DNA of 33,957 nt from positions 1-33,957 of IMG/VR virus record IMGVR_UViG_3300021408_000103. One strand, written 5' to 3'. How positions within the stretch are numbered: position 1 is the first letter of the stretch; the number at the start of each line of letters is the position of its first letter. Under the pieces are notes generated by a model that did not search any database, had not been told where the DNA came from, and was given only the letters and a program-made list of their open reading frames with translations. Source of the stretch: a virus. Lineage: Duplodnaviria; Caudoviricetes. Shown piece after piece: positions 1 to 9,126 of the stretch. The position numbers were made by a program, and so were the translations under genes.

Positions 1-31
1 ATCTTCCTCTCTCTAACCCCAGCGGGGGGTC

Positions 32-298
32 ATGGCCCAGCGTGAAGACCTGGAGACGCTCCGGAACGGCCTTCTAGCGGCGTTTGAGACCGCTGACGTC
101 GCCGTGAAGGCCCAGATCGCCGGCCAGCTGCGGGCGGTCATCAAGGACCTGGCGGCGCTGCCGGTGTCTGCGGAGGTGTCGAAGGCCGATGAGATCGCAG
201 GTCGCCGAAAGGCTCGGCGTACAGGAGCCGCAGATCGTCCATCGGCCGCCCGACGTGGTCAGCCTCGCCGCAGCGGAGGAAGCAATAGAGCTGGGTGA
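32..298 (+). CDS. terS: Terminase small subunit (putative)
   Basis: 88 aa helical protein (AQIAGQLRAVIKDLAAL...DEIAGRRKARR) overlapping the start of terL; typical actinophage TerS size, position and basic tail. Confidence 0.7.
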   Translation: MAQREDLETLRNGLLAAFETADVAVKAQIAGQLRAVIKDLAALPVSAEVSKADEIAGRRKARRTGAADRPSAARRGQPRRSGGSNRAG

Positions 299-1637
299 CG
301 CCTACGGCGTCTGTGACGGCAGCCCGCTGGCCGAGTCGCAGAAGATCACGTTGCGGGCTGCGCTCGGGGAGCGGCTCGACGGCTCGTGGGCGGCGTCGCG
401 GGTGGCGGATTTCGGGCCGCGGCAGGGGACGGGGAAGTCGGACAAGATCGCTGTGCGGGAGTTGTCGGGCCTGCTGCTGTTCGATGAGCGGCTGCTCATC
501 CATACGGCGCACGAGTTCCCGACGGCCAACGAGTCGTTCCTGCGGATGGCGGCGATATTCGAGAACCACGACGACCTGCGCAGGCGGGTGGCGCGGGTCC
601 GCTACGCCAACGGCGAGCAGGGCATCGAGCTGCTGTCGGGTCAGCGGTTGAAGTACCGGGCCCGGACGGGTGGTTCCGGTCGAGGGTTCGCCAAGGCCGA
701 CCTGCTGGTCTACGACGAGGCCCAGCACCTGGGCCGGGAGCATCTCGCAGCGTCCGCCCCGTCGAAGCTGGCGAACCCCAACAGCCAGACCTGGTACGCG
801 GGCTCGGGCGGTCTCCGGACGTCGACCTTGGCCTGGGCGATCCGGCGCGACGCACTCGGCGGAGATGCGGGCCGCCTGGCCTACACGGAGGCGACCGCCG
901 AGCGGGTGGCGCTGGTCAACGGTCGGATCAAGTCGCAGCGCCCGGACCCGAGTGACCGGGACGCCTGGTACCGAGGGATGCCCGGTCTGGGCCGGTGGGT
1001 CACTGAGGAGTCGATGCAGTCGCTGTACGAGGAGCTCGGCCCCGAGCTGTTCGCCCGCGAGTGCCTGTGTGTCTGGGACATCGAAATGGGAGCGAGCGAA
1101 GGCCTGATCCCGTCGGTCACATGGGACCTGGTCAACAGCCCGGACGCCAAGCCCGACGGTCCCGTGGTGCTGGTGCCTGACGTCAACACTGAGCGCTCGG
1201 CGGCCGCCATCGTTGCCGTGGGCTCGAGGGTGATCGAAGTGGTCGAGCACCGTCCAGGTGTGGGCTGGCTGGTCGACCGGTGCAAGGAGCTCGACGAGTC
1301 GTGGCACCCGACGTGGGCGGCAGACGGGCGGCCGACGGCGCCGGTGGCGGGCACAATCGAGAGGCTGCGGGCCGCCGGGATCGACGTGCGGGAGGCCGAG
1401 CCCGCCGATCTGTACATCGCTTGCGGCGACATGTTCGAGGCGATCGCCGACAGGACGGTCACGTTCCGTCGTCATGCCTCGATGGACGCTGCGGTGGAGG
1501 GCGTTGACCAGAAGTTCTTTGGCGAGGTGTTCGTCTGGGATCGCCGAGGCGACGTGGACATCTCCCCGTTCATGGCCGGGACTGTCGGCCTCTGGGCTTC
1601 AGGAGTCGCCGTCGAGGCTGACTTCTTCACGATCTGA
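189..1637 (+). CDS. terL: Terminase large subunit
   Basis: Walker A PRQGTGKS, HTAHEF motif, Walker B LLVYDEAQ, FARECLCVW, C-terminal nuclease region ending DISPFMAGTVG; upstream of portal. Confidence 0.93.
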   Translation: MRSQVAERLGVQEPQIVHRPPDVVSLAAAEEAIELGDAYGVCDGSPLAESQKITLRAALGERLDGSWAASRVADFGPRQGTGKSDKIAVRELSGLLLFDERLLIHTAHEFPTANESFLRMAAIFENHDDLRRRVARVRYANGEQGIELLSGQRLKYRARTGGSGRGFAKADLLVYDEAQHLGREHLAASAPSKLANPNSQTWYAGSGGLRTSTLAWAIRRDALGGDAGRLAYTEATAERVALVNGRIKSQRPDPSDRDAWYRGMPGLGRWVTEESMQSLYEELGPELFARECLCVWDIEMGASEGLIPSVTWDLVNSPDAKPDGPVVLVPDVNTERSAAAIVAVGSRVIEVVEHRPGVGWLVDRCKELDESWHPTWAADGRPTAPVAGTIERLRAAGIDVREAEPADLYIACGDMFEAIADRTVTFRRHASMDAAVEGVDQKFFGEVFVWDRRGDVDISPFMAGTVGLWASGVAVEADFFTI

Positions 1638-1655
1638 ACCCTCGAAGGGGGTGCT

Positions 1656-1826
1656 GTGGCTGGTGTCGTGATCGTGTTGGGTGCGCTCGCGGTCGTTGTT
1701 GGTGTGGCGATCGAGGTGGGTGCGGGTTGGGCGTGGATCGTGGGCGGTGTGCTTGCCATGGCGGGTGGTGTCGATCTGACGATCAGTGATCGTCGCCGGC
1801 CGGCGCCTGGTGGTGGTGAGGGGTGA
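1656..1826 (+). CDS. Small two-TM membrane protein (56 aa)
   Basis: Read by hand: GTG 1656 after GAAGGGGG; MAGVVIVLGALAVVVGVAIEVGAGWAWIVGGVLAMAGGVDLTISDRRRPAPGGGEG; stop overlaps next start (GTGA). Confidence 0.7.
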   Translation: MAGVVIVLGALAVVVGVAIEVGAGWAWIVGGVLAMAGGVDLTISDRRRPAPGGGEG

Positions 1827-2128
1827 CCGTGGACGTCAATGAGCAGCAGCCGGTCGTGCCGCGCCCCCCGCCTCTCCCGTTCTCGAAGTTGCGCGACCAC
1901 GGTCTGCTGTGGCTGATCAACAAGGCGGTGTTCCATCCCCGGGGGTTCGCTCTCGCATTCACCGTCGAGGACGACGGCACGGTCACCGGGTGGTCCATGC
2001 AGGGCGACGGCACCGAGTCGTGGCACTACGACAACGACCCCGCCGGGGACTGGTCGGAGGACGTCGCCTTCGCAGCCGTCGAGTCCTTCCTCAACTCGTG
2101 TCGCCCGTCGGCCGGTGAGCCGCAGTGA
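1823..2128 (+). CDS. Hypothetical phage protein (101 aa)
   Basis: GTGA-coupled on both sides; globular-looking sequence LRDHGLLWLINKAVFHPRGFALA. Confidence 0.75.
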   Translation: MTVDVNEQQPVVPRPPPLPFSKLRDHGLLWLINKAVFHPRGFALAFTVEDDGTVTGWSMQGDGTESWHYDNDPAGDWSEDVAFAAVESFLNSCRPSAGEPQ

Positions 2129-3432
2129 GCATCCTGCGTCGGGCGTTCGATCGTCGCTCTGTCCCTGACCTTCCGGACACCTACGGCCAGGCGGGCTACG
2201 GCTCATGGGGTCAGGGGATGACGTGGCACGGCGGGGCCGGGACGTCGAAGGACCAGGCGATGCGGCTCTCCGCTGTGTTCGCCTGCCTGCGCATCCTGTC
2301 CGAGGCGGTGTCGACGCTGCCGTTGGACACGTTCGTGAAGGAGGGCACCACCCGGCTCCCGTACGAACCGAAGCCCGACTACCTGTCGTTCGATCCGCCG
2401 CAGGGGTCACAGATCGACTACCTGTCGCAGGTCATGTTGTCGCTGCTGACCGACGGCAACGCCTACGTCCTCACGCCCCGTGACGGCCTCGGAGTCCCGA
2501 CCACCCTGGTGGTGCTCGACCCGACGCTGGTCAACGTCCGCCGCGAGAAGGGCCAGCTCAGGTACAGGTGCCAGAACGTCGAGCTGCGCCCCGACATCGA
2601 CGTGATGCACATCAAGGGGATGTGCATGCCTGGCGCCATCACCGGCCTGTCGCCGCTCGCCTACGCCCGTGAGACGGTCGATGTGGGCCTCGCTGCCCAG
2701 CGGTTCGGTGCGTCGTTCTTCAACAACGGGGCCCTGCCCGGCGCCGTGATCGAGACGCCGGGCGCCATGAAGAAGGACGCAGCGGACCGGTTCCGGGACA
2801 CCTGGAACGGCGACCATGGCGGGGTCGGGAACTCCAGCCGGGTCGGAGTCCTGACCGGCGGGGCGAAGCTCTCGAAGGTCTCCATCCAGCCGAACGACGC
2901 CCAGTTCCTGGAGACCCGCCAGTTCGCTGTCCCCGACGTCGCCCGCATCTACGGTGTCCCGCCCCACCTGATCGCCGACGCCTCCGGGTCGACGTCGTGG
3001 GGCTCCGGGCTCGCCGAGCAGAACCTCGCCTTCGGCCAGTTCTCCGTGACCCCGTGGACGTCGCGCGTCGAGGACAGCCACGACCGGCTCCTTACCACCC
3101 ACGGGCTGAGCCCGGTGTTCGTGAAGCTCAACCTCGACGCCCGACTCCGGGCGTCGATCCAGCAGCGCTACCAGACCTACGCCATCGGCATCGTCCAGCG
3201 CCTCGTCACCATCAACGAGTGCCGGGCCCTCGAAGACCTGCCGCCCGTCCCGTGGGGCGACGAGCCCGTCAACTCCGACGGCGCCGGCGGGGTCACCCCG
3301 ATGGACCTGGTCACCATGATCCAGAAGGCCTACCTCGGGGTGGGTGTCCTGATCTCTCCAGAGGAGGGTCGCGAGATCCTCAACCAGGCCGGCGCCGGGC
3401 TGATCGGCCCACCACCAGGAGGCTCCCAGTGA
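2125..3432 (+). CDS. Portal protein, HK97 family
   Basis: AMRLSAVFACLRILSEAVSTLPL, LLTDGNAY, GLSPL, DAQFLETRQF...VARIYGVPPHLI, TINECRALEDLPP motifs. Confidence 0.95.
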   Translation: MSILRRAFDRRSVPDLPDTYGQAGYGSWGQGMTWHGGAGTSKDQAMRLSAVFACLRILSEAVSTLPLDTFVKEGTTRLPYEPKPDYLSFDPPQGSQIDYLSQVMLSLLTDGNAYVLTPRDGLGVPTTLVVLDPTLVNVRREKGQLRYRCQNVELRPDIDVMHIKGMCMPGAITGLSPLAYARETVDVGLAAQRFGASFFNNGALPGAVIETPGAMKKDAADRFRDTWNGDHGGVGNSSRVGVLTGGAKLSKVSIQPNDAQFLETRQFAVPDVARIYGVPPHLIADASGSTSWGSGLAEQNLAFGQFSVTPWTSRVEDSHDRLLTTHGLSPVFVKLNLDARLRASIQQRYQTYAIGIVQRLVTINECRALEDLPPVPWGDEPVNSDGAGGVTPMDLVTMIQKAYLGVGVLISPEEGREILNQAGAGLIGPPPGGSQ

Positions 3433-4109
3433 AAGACCTGATCATCGAGCGGCGCACCCTGGTGGAGCCGGTCGAGTTCCGCTCCGAGGGCACCACGCTC
3501 GTGGCGTCCGGTGTCGCCATCCGCTACGGAGCTGTCTCCAAGGACCTCGGCGGGTTCAAGGAGCGGATCATGCCGGGTGCCGCGACGAAGACGTTGAAGG
3601 AGCGCGACGTCACGATGCTGCACGAGCACGAGCGGCGCATGCTGCTCGGCCGCTCGAGCGCCGGCACGCTGCGCATCACGAACAACCGGGACGAGATGGC
3701 CTACGAGGTCGACCTCCCGGACACGAGCTACGGCCGGGACCTCGCCGTGTCGCTCGAACGCCGGGACGTGACCGGATCGAGCTTCGGGTTCCTGGCCATT
3801 GGCGCTGACACGAAGTGGTCGGTCGACGAAGACGGTGCAGCGCTGCGTTCGGTCGGCGCTCTGATGCTCGACCACCTGTCGACCACATGCGCACCTGCGT
3901 ACGACGAGAACACCGCCGAGCTCGCCATGCGGTCCCTGGCCGCCAGTAGTGGCCAGGAGTTCCGCACCCTGTTGGAAGCCGCTGCACGCGGTGAGCTTCC
4001 CGAACTGATCGCCCCGCCCGAAAGCGGAGACGACGAACCGGAAGCCGAAGACGAGGAGCCGGCCGGGGAACCACCGGTCCACCGTCGCCCGGCCGAGTGG
4101 TTCGTGTAG
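3429..4109 (+). CDS. Prohead protease, HK97 family
   Basis: GTG 3429 overlaps portal stop; DLGGFKERIMPGA, LHEH, LLGRSSAGTL, DLPDTSYGRDL, GSSFGF, PAY motifs. Confidence 0.92.
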   Translation: MKDLIIERRTLVEPVEFRSEGTTLVASGVAIRYGAVSKDLGGFKERIMPGAATKTLKERDVTMLHEHERRMLLGRSSAGTLRITNNRDEMAYEVDLPDTSYGRDLAVSLERRDVTGSSFGFLAIGADTKWSVDEDGAALRSVGALMLDHLSTTCAPAYDENTAELAMRSLAASSGQEFRTLLEAAARGELPELIAPPESGDDEPEAEDEEPAGEPPVHRRPAEWFV

Positions 4110-4197
4110 CGGCCGCCCGCACGGCACCGCCACAACCCCCAACCCATTCGACCGAGGGGCGGCGCTGTCGCGCGCCCCCCAACGGAAGGAACACGAC

Positions 4198-5457
4198 ATG
4201 ACGCTGACCATCGTGCGGGACAACTACGCCGCACGCGCCACCCTCATGACCGAGCTGCGCTCGATCGACGAAGCCGCAGTCGGCCGCGAGTACGACGCCG
4301 ACGAGCAGACCAAGGTCGACGAGCTGCGTGCCTCGCTGACCACGATCGACACCCGGATCGAAGAGGCCATCGGCCAGGAGATCCGGGCGATCGAGATCGA
4401 CCAGAGCCTGCAGGGCCTGCTCGGCGCCATGGCCGACCGCGAGGGCGGCGACGCCGGCGAGGGCCCGGACACCCGGTCGATCGGCGAGCGTTTCACCGAT
4501 GGTGGCGGCTACAAGGAGTGGGCCGAGCGCGGCGCCCGTGGCGCCTACACGGTCGACCTGCCGGGCATGAGCGTCCGGGCGGTGACCGACACCACCCTCG
4601 ACGCCACGTCGGGTGGGGCGATGACCCGTCCCGAGCGGCTGGGCCGCGTGGGCCAGGACTTCATCGACCGCAAGGTGTACCTGCTCGACCTGCTGCCGCA
4701 CATCCCCGTGAGCCAGGGCACCATCGAGTACGTCCAGGACAAGACGCCGCTGGCGGACATGGCCAACAAGGCGGTCGAGGTGGCGGAGAGCGGCGGCAAG
4801 CCGCAGGCCGGCATCACGACGCAGGTGGTCGCAGAGGCCATGGCCGTGATCGCGGCGTGGACGAACATCACCCGGCAGACCGCGAAGGACATCCCGCAGA
4901 TCGAGGGCTACCTCGACACGCGGCTCCGCTACAGCCTGAAGCGTCGGGCTGACGGTCAGTCGATCAACGGTGACGGCGCGTCGCCGAACATCCGTGGGCT
5001 TCTGAACCGTGCGGGGATCCTGACCTACGCCCCGGGCGCCGAGGCCCGGTACGTCTCGATCCGCCGAGGCATCCGCCTCATGGAGGACGCCGAGACCGTC
5101 CCGGAGATCATCGTCCTCAACCCGGCCGACGCCGAGATCTTCGACCTCTCGAACCAGACCACCGCAGGCCTGCACGCCGTCAACGCCATGACCGGTGACC
5201 TGCAGTCGCCCCCGGCCCGCACGGCGTGGGGCCTGACGCAGGTCCGCTCTACGGCGATCGCCTCGGGCACGGCGATGCTGCTCGACCCGATGGCGGCCGC
5301 CGTGTTCGACCGCGAGGAGCCGACGGCCTACATGACCGACAGCCACGCCTCGAACTTCACGTCGAACATCCTCACGCTGCTCCTCGAGCTGCGCATGGGT
5401 CTCGGCCTGTTCGAGCCGTCGGGCGTGTGTCGGATCACGTTCAACGGCAGCACCTGA
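4198..5457 (+). CDS. Major capsid protein, HK97 fold with N-terminal coiled-coil delta domain
   Basis: GGAAGGA RBS; helical N-terminus, VAESGGKP, IAAWTNITRQ, INGDG..PNIRGLL, NPAD, FTSNILTLLLELR; follows the protease. Confidence 0.95.
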   Translation: MTLTIVRDNYAARATLMTELRSIDEAAVGREYDADEQTKVDELRASLTTIDTRIEEAIGQEIRAIEIDQSLQGLLGAMADREGGDAGEGPDTRSIGERFTDGGGYKEWAERGARGAYTVDLPGMSVRAVTDTTLDATSGGAMTRPERLGRVGQDFIDRKVYLLDLLPHIPVSQGTIEYVQDKTPLADMANKAVEVAESGGKPQAGITTQVVAEAMAVIAAWTNITRQTAKDIPQIEGYLDTRLRYSLKRRADGQSINGDGASPNIRGLLNRAGILTYAPGAEARYVSIRRGIRLMEDAETVPEIIVLNPADAEIFDLSNQTTAGLHAVNAMTGDLQSPPARTAWGLTQVRSTAIASGTAMLLDPMAAAVFDREEPTAYMTDSHASNFTSNILTLLLELRMGLGLFEPSGVCRITFNGST

Positions 5458-5476
5458 GCCGTCCGATCACTTCGGT

Positions 5477-5498
5477 CCGGGGGGCTGCGGCCCCCCGG
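5477..5498 (+). terminator. GC-rich hairpin after capsid gene (terminator or mRNA stabiliser)
   Basis: CCGGGGGGC-TGCG-GCCCCCCGG, perfect 9-bp stem, no U tract. Confidence 0.55.
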
Positions 5499-5536
5499 GT
5501 CACCTCCCGCCCCACCACCGTTCGAGGAGAGTCCAC

Positions 5537-6094
5537 ATGCCCAGCCGCTACGACCCGACCTACAGCGAGGACTGGCTTCTCGCCGGCTCGCCGTCGGGTC
5601 TCCGCAACCAGAACATGCGCCAGCTCGACATCAACGCCGACCTGGCCGCCCTCACCACGCAGGTGATGTCGTCCGTCGCTGTGCCCGTGCAGCCCGGCGA
5701 CAAGGTCACCAGCCTCACCTTCAAGTCCGGGGCGACGGCTGCGGGCACGCCGACGAACTGGTGGTTCGCGCTGTACAGCTCGGCCGGTGTCCTGCTGGCC
5801 CAGACGGCCGACCAGCTCACCGCTGCGTGGGCGGCCAACACGGCGATCACGCTGGCACTCGCGACCCCGCAGGGCGTCGCCCGGCAGGGCTACGTCTACG
5901 CCGCCGTGATGGTCAAGGCCACCACGCCGAACACGCTGCTCGGTGCCTCCGTGGCGCTCGCCGGCGCCGCCGGAGCGATCGCCGGCTCGGTGATCCTCTC
6001 GCAGACCAGCGGCTCGGGACTGACCACCACGGCGCCCGCCACCATCGCCACGCCGACCACCGTCGCCACGGTGCCGTTCTGCGTGCTCACCTGA
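5537..6094 (+). CDS. Virion structural protein, possible capsid decoration (185 aa)
   Basis: GAGGAG RBS; Ala/Thr-rich beta-type sequence directly after the capsid gene; function from position only. Confidence 0.7.
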   Translation: MPSRYDPTYSEDWLLAGSPSGLRNQNMRQLDINADLAALTTQVMSSVAVPVQPGDKVTSLTFKSGATAAGTPTNWWFALYSSAGVLLAQTADQLTAAWAANTAITLALATPQGVARQGYVYAAVMVKATTPNTLLGASVALAGAAGAIAGSVILSQTSGSGLTTTAPATIATPTTVATVPFCVLT

Positions 6095-6105
6095 GGAGGA
6101 ACCTG

Positions 6106-6438
6106 ATGGCAGACCGCCAGGAAGCAACCGTCTCCAGCACGGGCGTGTGGGTCGACACGCAGACCGGCCAGGTCGTCGAGTCGGAACCCGTCGAGGGCAA
6201 GCTGCTCGTCCCGCCCGGCGGGGAGATCGACCAGCGGATCCGCGACGACATCGACTCGGCCAAGCTGGCCGCCGGCCCGGTGCCCGTCGACGACGACGTG
6301 GCCGAGAAGGGCGACGACGAGTCGGACGAGACGGAGACCTCGGCCGAGACCGAGCCGGCGCCGGCCCGGCGGGGCCGTCCCCCGGGCGGCAAGAACAAGG
6401 CAACGGTCGCCGACTCCACGGAGAAGGCGACCGAGTAG
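6106..6438 (+). CDS. Hypothetical acidic protein with RRGRPP basic motif (110 aa)
   Basis: GAGGAGG RBS before ATG 6106 (MADRQEATV...); in frame with track ORF 5761..6438. Confidence 0.75.
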   Translation: MADRQEATVSSTGVWVDTQTGQVVESEPVEGKLLVPPGGEIDQRIRDDIDSAKLAAGPVPVDDDVAEKGDDESDETETSAETEPAPARRGRPPGGKNKATVADSTEKATE

Positions 6439-6440
6439 CC

Positions 6441-7064
6441 ATGGCGATCGTCAACGGCTACTGCGAGTTGGGAGACCTGCAGAAGTGGATCGGCGCCGAG
6501 CAGATCGGGTCGATCCCCAACCTCGAGCGCGCCATCACGGCCAGCTCGAGGAGCATCGACAACTTCTGCGATCGGACCTTCTGGCAGACCGCCGCTGACA
6601 CGCCACGGACGTTCGTGGCCCCGAACTGCGGACCCCTGGTCTTCGGGGCCAACAACGACCTGGCCACCTTCGTCTCGGTGAAGACGGACGAGGGTGGCAC
6701 AGGGTCGTTCACCACAACGTGGTCGGCGTCCGACTACGAGCTCCACCCGCTCAACCCGACGGCCGGGGCCGAGGTGCAGCCGTGGACGTCCCTGCGGTCG
6801 ACAGGTGCACGGCAGTGGCCGTATCCGACGGGCACCGGCCGGTCCGCCCGGGTGCAGATCAGTGGCACGTGGGGATGGGCTGCGGTCCCAGAGGCCGTGA
6901 AGCAGGCGTGCCTGATCTGGGCGGCCCGCATCTACAAGCGCAAGGAATCCCCCGAAGGCGTCGCCGGCTGGGGTGACTTCGGTCAGATCCGCATCGGCCG
7001 TACCGACCCCGACGTGATCGGTCTGCTCGAGCCGTACCAGCTCTACCCGATCGGCTTCGCGTGA
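6441..7064 (+). CDS. Head-to-tail adaptor/connector
   Basis: ATG 6441; NGYCEL.DL, AITASSRSIDNFCDRTF, GTWGWAAVPEAVKQACLIWAARIYKR, DPDV..LLEPY. Confidence 0.85.
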   Translation: MAIVNGYCELGDLQKWIGAEQIGSIPNLERAITASSRSIDNFCDRTFWQTAADTPRTFVAPNCGPLVFGANNDLATFVSVKTDEGGTGSFTTTWSASDYELHPLNPTAGAEVQPWTSLRSTGARQWPYPTGTGRSARVQISGTWGWAAVPEAVKQACLIWAARIYKRKESPEGVAGWGDFGQIRIGRTDPDVIGLLEPYQLYPIGFA

Positions 7065-7492
7065 CCGCCCTCGAAGAAGTCGTCGCCGGGCTCAAGACGC
7101 TGCTCGACACGATCTACGGGCTCGAGGTCTACGACCACCCGGCGGCGAACCTCGAGCTACCTGCAGCCATCATCGTCCCGCCGGAGATCGACTACCGGCA
7201 GGCCATGCGCACCGGGACCATCCGGCTGGAGTTCGAGATCGTGGTCTTCGTCTCGGCGGCCGCCGGCCACGACTCATCCAAGAAGCTCTGGCCCTACATC
7301 GACTGGACCGGCGAGAAGTCGATCCTGCAGGCCATCGAGGTTGACCCGACGCTCGGCATCGTCGGCGCCGATGGCCAGCCCCGAGTCGACGCCCACGTCT
7401 ACAGCGAACGTCGTCTCGGTTTCGAGGAGCTGCCTGAGGGCGCCTTCGGTGTGGCTCTTCAGCTCCCCGTCATCGTCACCAACAAGGAGTGA
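7061..7492 (+). CDS. Tail terminator / neck protein (putative)
   Basis: GTGA-coupled; LPAAII.PPEIDY, SILQAIEVDPTLG; position between adaptor and tail tube. Confidence 0.7.
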   Translation: MTALEEVVAGLKTLLDTIYGLEVYDHPAANLELPAAIIVPPEIDYRQAMRTGTIRLEFEIVVFVSAAAGHDSSKKLWPYIDWTGEKSILQAIEVDPTLGIVGADGQPRVDAHVYSERRLGFEELPEGAFGVALQLPVIVTNKE

Positions 7493-7495
7493 CCC

Positions 7496-7750
7496 ATGCC
7501 CAAGTTCAAGGTCGTCGGGATCGCCCCGATCGTCGGTGTCGATGACGTCACCGTCCAGCCCGGCGGCACGGTCGAGCTCGACCCCGCCGCCACGAACATC
7601 GATGCGCTGGTCATGTCCGGCTGCGTCGAGCCGGTGAAGAAGGCGAAGGGCGGCAGCCTCGTGCCAGGCCCTCGCGGCGAAGAGGTCGAGGGGACCGTGC
7701 AGGCAGGCGAGGAAGTTCTGTCGCTCGACGACGACCCGAGGGCGAAGTAG
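7496..7750 (+). CDS. 84-aa protein whose C-terminus copies the TMP C-terminal motif
   Basis: AAGGAG RBS; GGSLVPGPRGEEVEGTVQAGEEVLSLDDDPR versus TMP GGIVPGRRGEEIAAVLQAGEEVLALDDPR. Confidence 0.8.
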   Translation: MPKFKVVGIAPIVGVDDVTVQPGGTVELDPAATNIDALVMSGCVEPVKKAKGGSLVPGPRGEEVEGTVQAGEEVLSLDDDPRAK

Positions 7751-7753
7751 CCC

Positions 7754-8515
7754 ATGGCCGCCTTCGCCCTGCTCGACGCCTTCTCCTACGTCCACGGCTA
7801 CGACTTCACGACCGACACCAACAACGTCATGTTGACGATGGACGCCGAAGCCAAGGACGTCACGACCTTCGGGTCGGGCGGCTGGGTGGCACTGACCGGT
7901 GGACTGAAGAAGGTCGTCTACGACATGAAGGGCTACTGGCAGTCGGCCACCGCGCAGGCGGTCGACCCCGAGTCCTTCCCCGACCTCGGCAACGTCGACC
8001 GGGTGTTCACCGTCGGCACCAGTAACGCACAGCCGACGTCGCCTGCGGCGCTCACGGCGCCGGAGCGGGCCTACATGTTCAAGGCCGGCAAGTTCCACTA
8101 CGAGCCCTTCGGCACCACCATCGGTGAGGTCGCACCCTTCGCTCTCAACTCGATGGGCAGCAACGGCGTGGGCGTGGTGGCCGGCATCTTGACCAAGGCC
8201 AAGGGCACCGTGTCCGCCACCGGTCAGCTGGGCTCGATCTACGACACGCTCGGACTGGGGATCCCCGCTGGCATCTCGCTGTACGCCACGTTCCATGTGT
8301 TCGTGGCCGCGACGACGATCACGGTGCAGGTGCAGTCCGACGACAACACCGGGTTCACGACCCCAACGACCGTCGCCACGATCGGTCCGATCACCACCGC
8401 CGGCGGCACCTGGATGACCCCGGTCCCCGGTGTGGTCGCCGACCGCTACTTCCGCATGAACGTCTCGGCCATCACCGGGACGCACACCGTCGCTGCGGCG
8501 ATGGGCATCCGCTGA
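7754..8515 (+). CDS. Tail tube-like protein 1 with C-terminal beta-rich extension (253 aa)
   Basis: Starts MAAFALL; DVTTFGSGGW...GGLK motif matches DPTAMGDSW...GGLK in 8716..9126. Confidence 0.75.
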   Translation: MAAFALLDAFSYVHGYDFTTDTNNVMLTMDAEAKDVTTFGSGGWVALTGGLKKVVYDMKGYWQSATAQAVDPESFPDLGNVDRVFTVGTSNAQPTSPAALTAPERAYMFKAGKFHYEPFGTTIGEVAPFALNSMGSNGVGVVAGILTKAKGTVSATGQLGSIYDTLGLGIPAGISLYATFHVFVAATTITVQVQSDDNTGFTTPTTVATIGPITTAGGTWMTPVPGVVADRYFRMNVSAITGTHTVAAAMGIR

Positions 8516-8697
8516 TGCTGGCGCCGGAGCCCGAGGCGCCTCGCCTCGCCACGGGCGGCATCTTCCCCAGCTCCTCTGCTCGCTTCTCCGAGGGCGGCTG
8601 CGATCACGTCGTCCCCGGTCACCGGGGCGAAGTCGAGAGGACGCTCTACGCCGGCGAGATCGTCCTCCACCTCGACGACCCTCGCCTGAGCACCTGA
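8515..8697 (+). CDS. 60-aa microprotein carrying the TMP C-terminal motif
   Basis: TGATG-coupled to upstream gene and fills the gap; LATGGI...VVPGHRGEVERTLYAGEIVLHLDDPR. Confidence 0.65.
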   Translation: MLAPEPEAPRLATGGIFPSSSARFSEGGCDHVVPGHRGEVERTLYAGEIVLHLDDPRLST

Positions 8698-8715
8698 CCC
8701 CCCGAAGGAGAACCC

Positions 8716-9126
8716 ATGGCCGCATTCGCACTGCTCTCCGAGCAGCTCACCATCAACTCGGTGGACTACACCGCCCTGTCGATGGTCAAGTCCGCCACGC
8801 TCACGCTCGACGCCGCCCAGCTCGACCCCACCGCGATGGGTGACAGCTGGACCGAGGTGCTCGGTGGCCTCAAGTCGGGCAGCCTGTCGGTCACCTTCAA
8901 CGACGACTACGCCGCCAGCTCGATCGATCAGCTGCTGTTCCCGCTGTTCGGCACCGTGACCACGTTCCTGGTCCGCCCGACCACCGCCGTGGTGGGTGCC
9001 ACCAACCCGAACTACACGGGCTCGATCTTCATCGCCCAGCACGTGCTGGGCGGGCAGATCGGTGACCTCGCCTCGAAGTCGCTCACGTTCCCGACCTCGG
9101 GAGCCGTGCTCCGCGCCGTGGCCTGA
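8716..9126 (+). CDS. Major tail (tube) protein
   Basis: GAAGGAG RBS; 136 aa; DPTAMGDSWTEVLGGLKSGSLSVTF, NPNYTGS, GDLASKSLTFPTSG typical of small siphovirus tube proteins. Confidence 0.85.
   Translation: MAAFALLSEQLTINSVDYTALSMVKSATLTLDAAQLDPTAMGDSWTEVLGGLKSGSLSVTFNDDYAASSIDQLLFPLFGTVTTFLVRPTTAVVGATNPNYTGSIFIAQHVLGGQIGDLASKSLTFPTSGAVLRAVA

Noticed and set aside
1-31. Pyrimidine tract before terS as part of a cos site
   Set aside because: Plausible by position, but the upstream context is outside the window.
2997-6440. Upstream starts in the ORF track (2997, 5761, 6147; likewise 21712, 21888, 27723, 28595, 30624)
   Set aside because: They overlap neighbouring genes or repeats; downstream starts with an RBS or stop-start coupling fit better.
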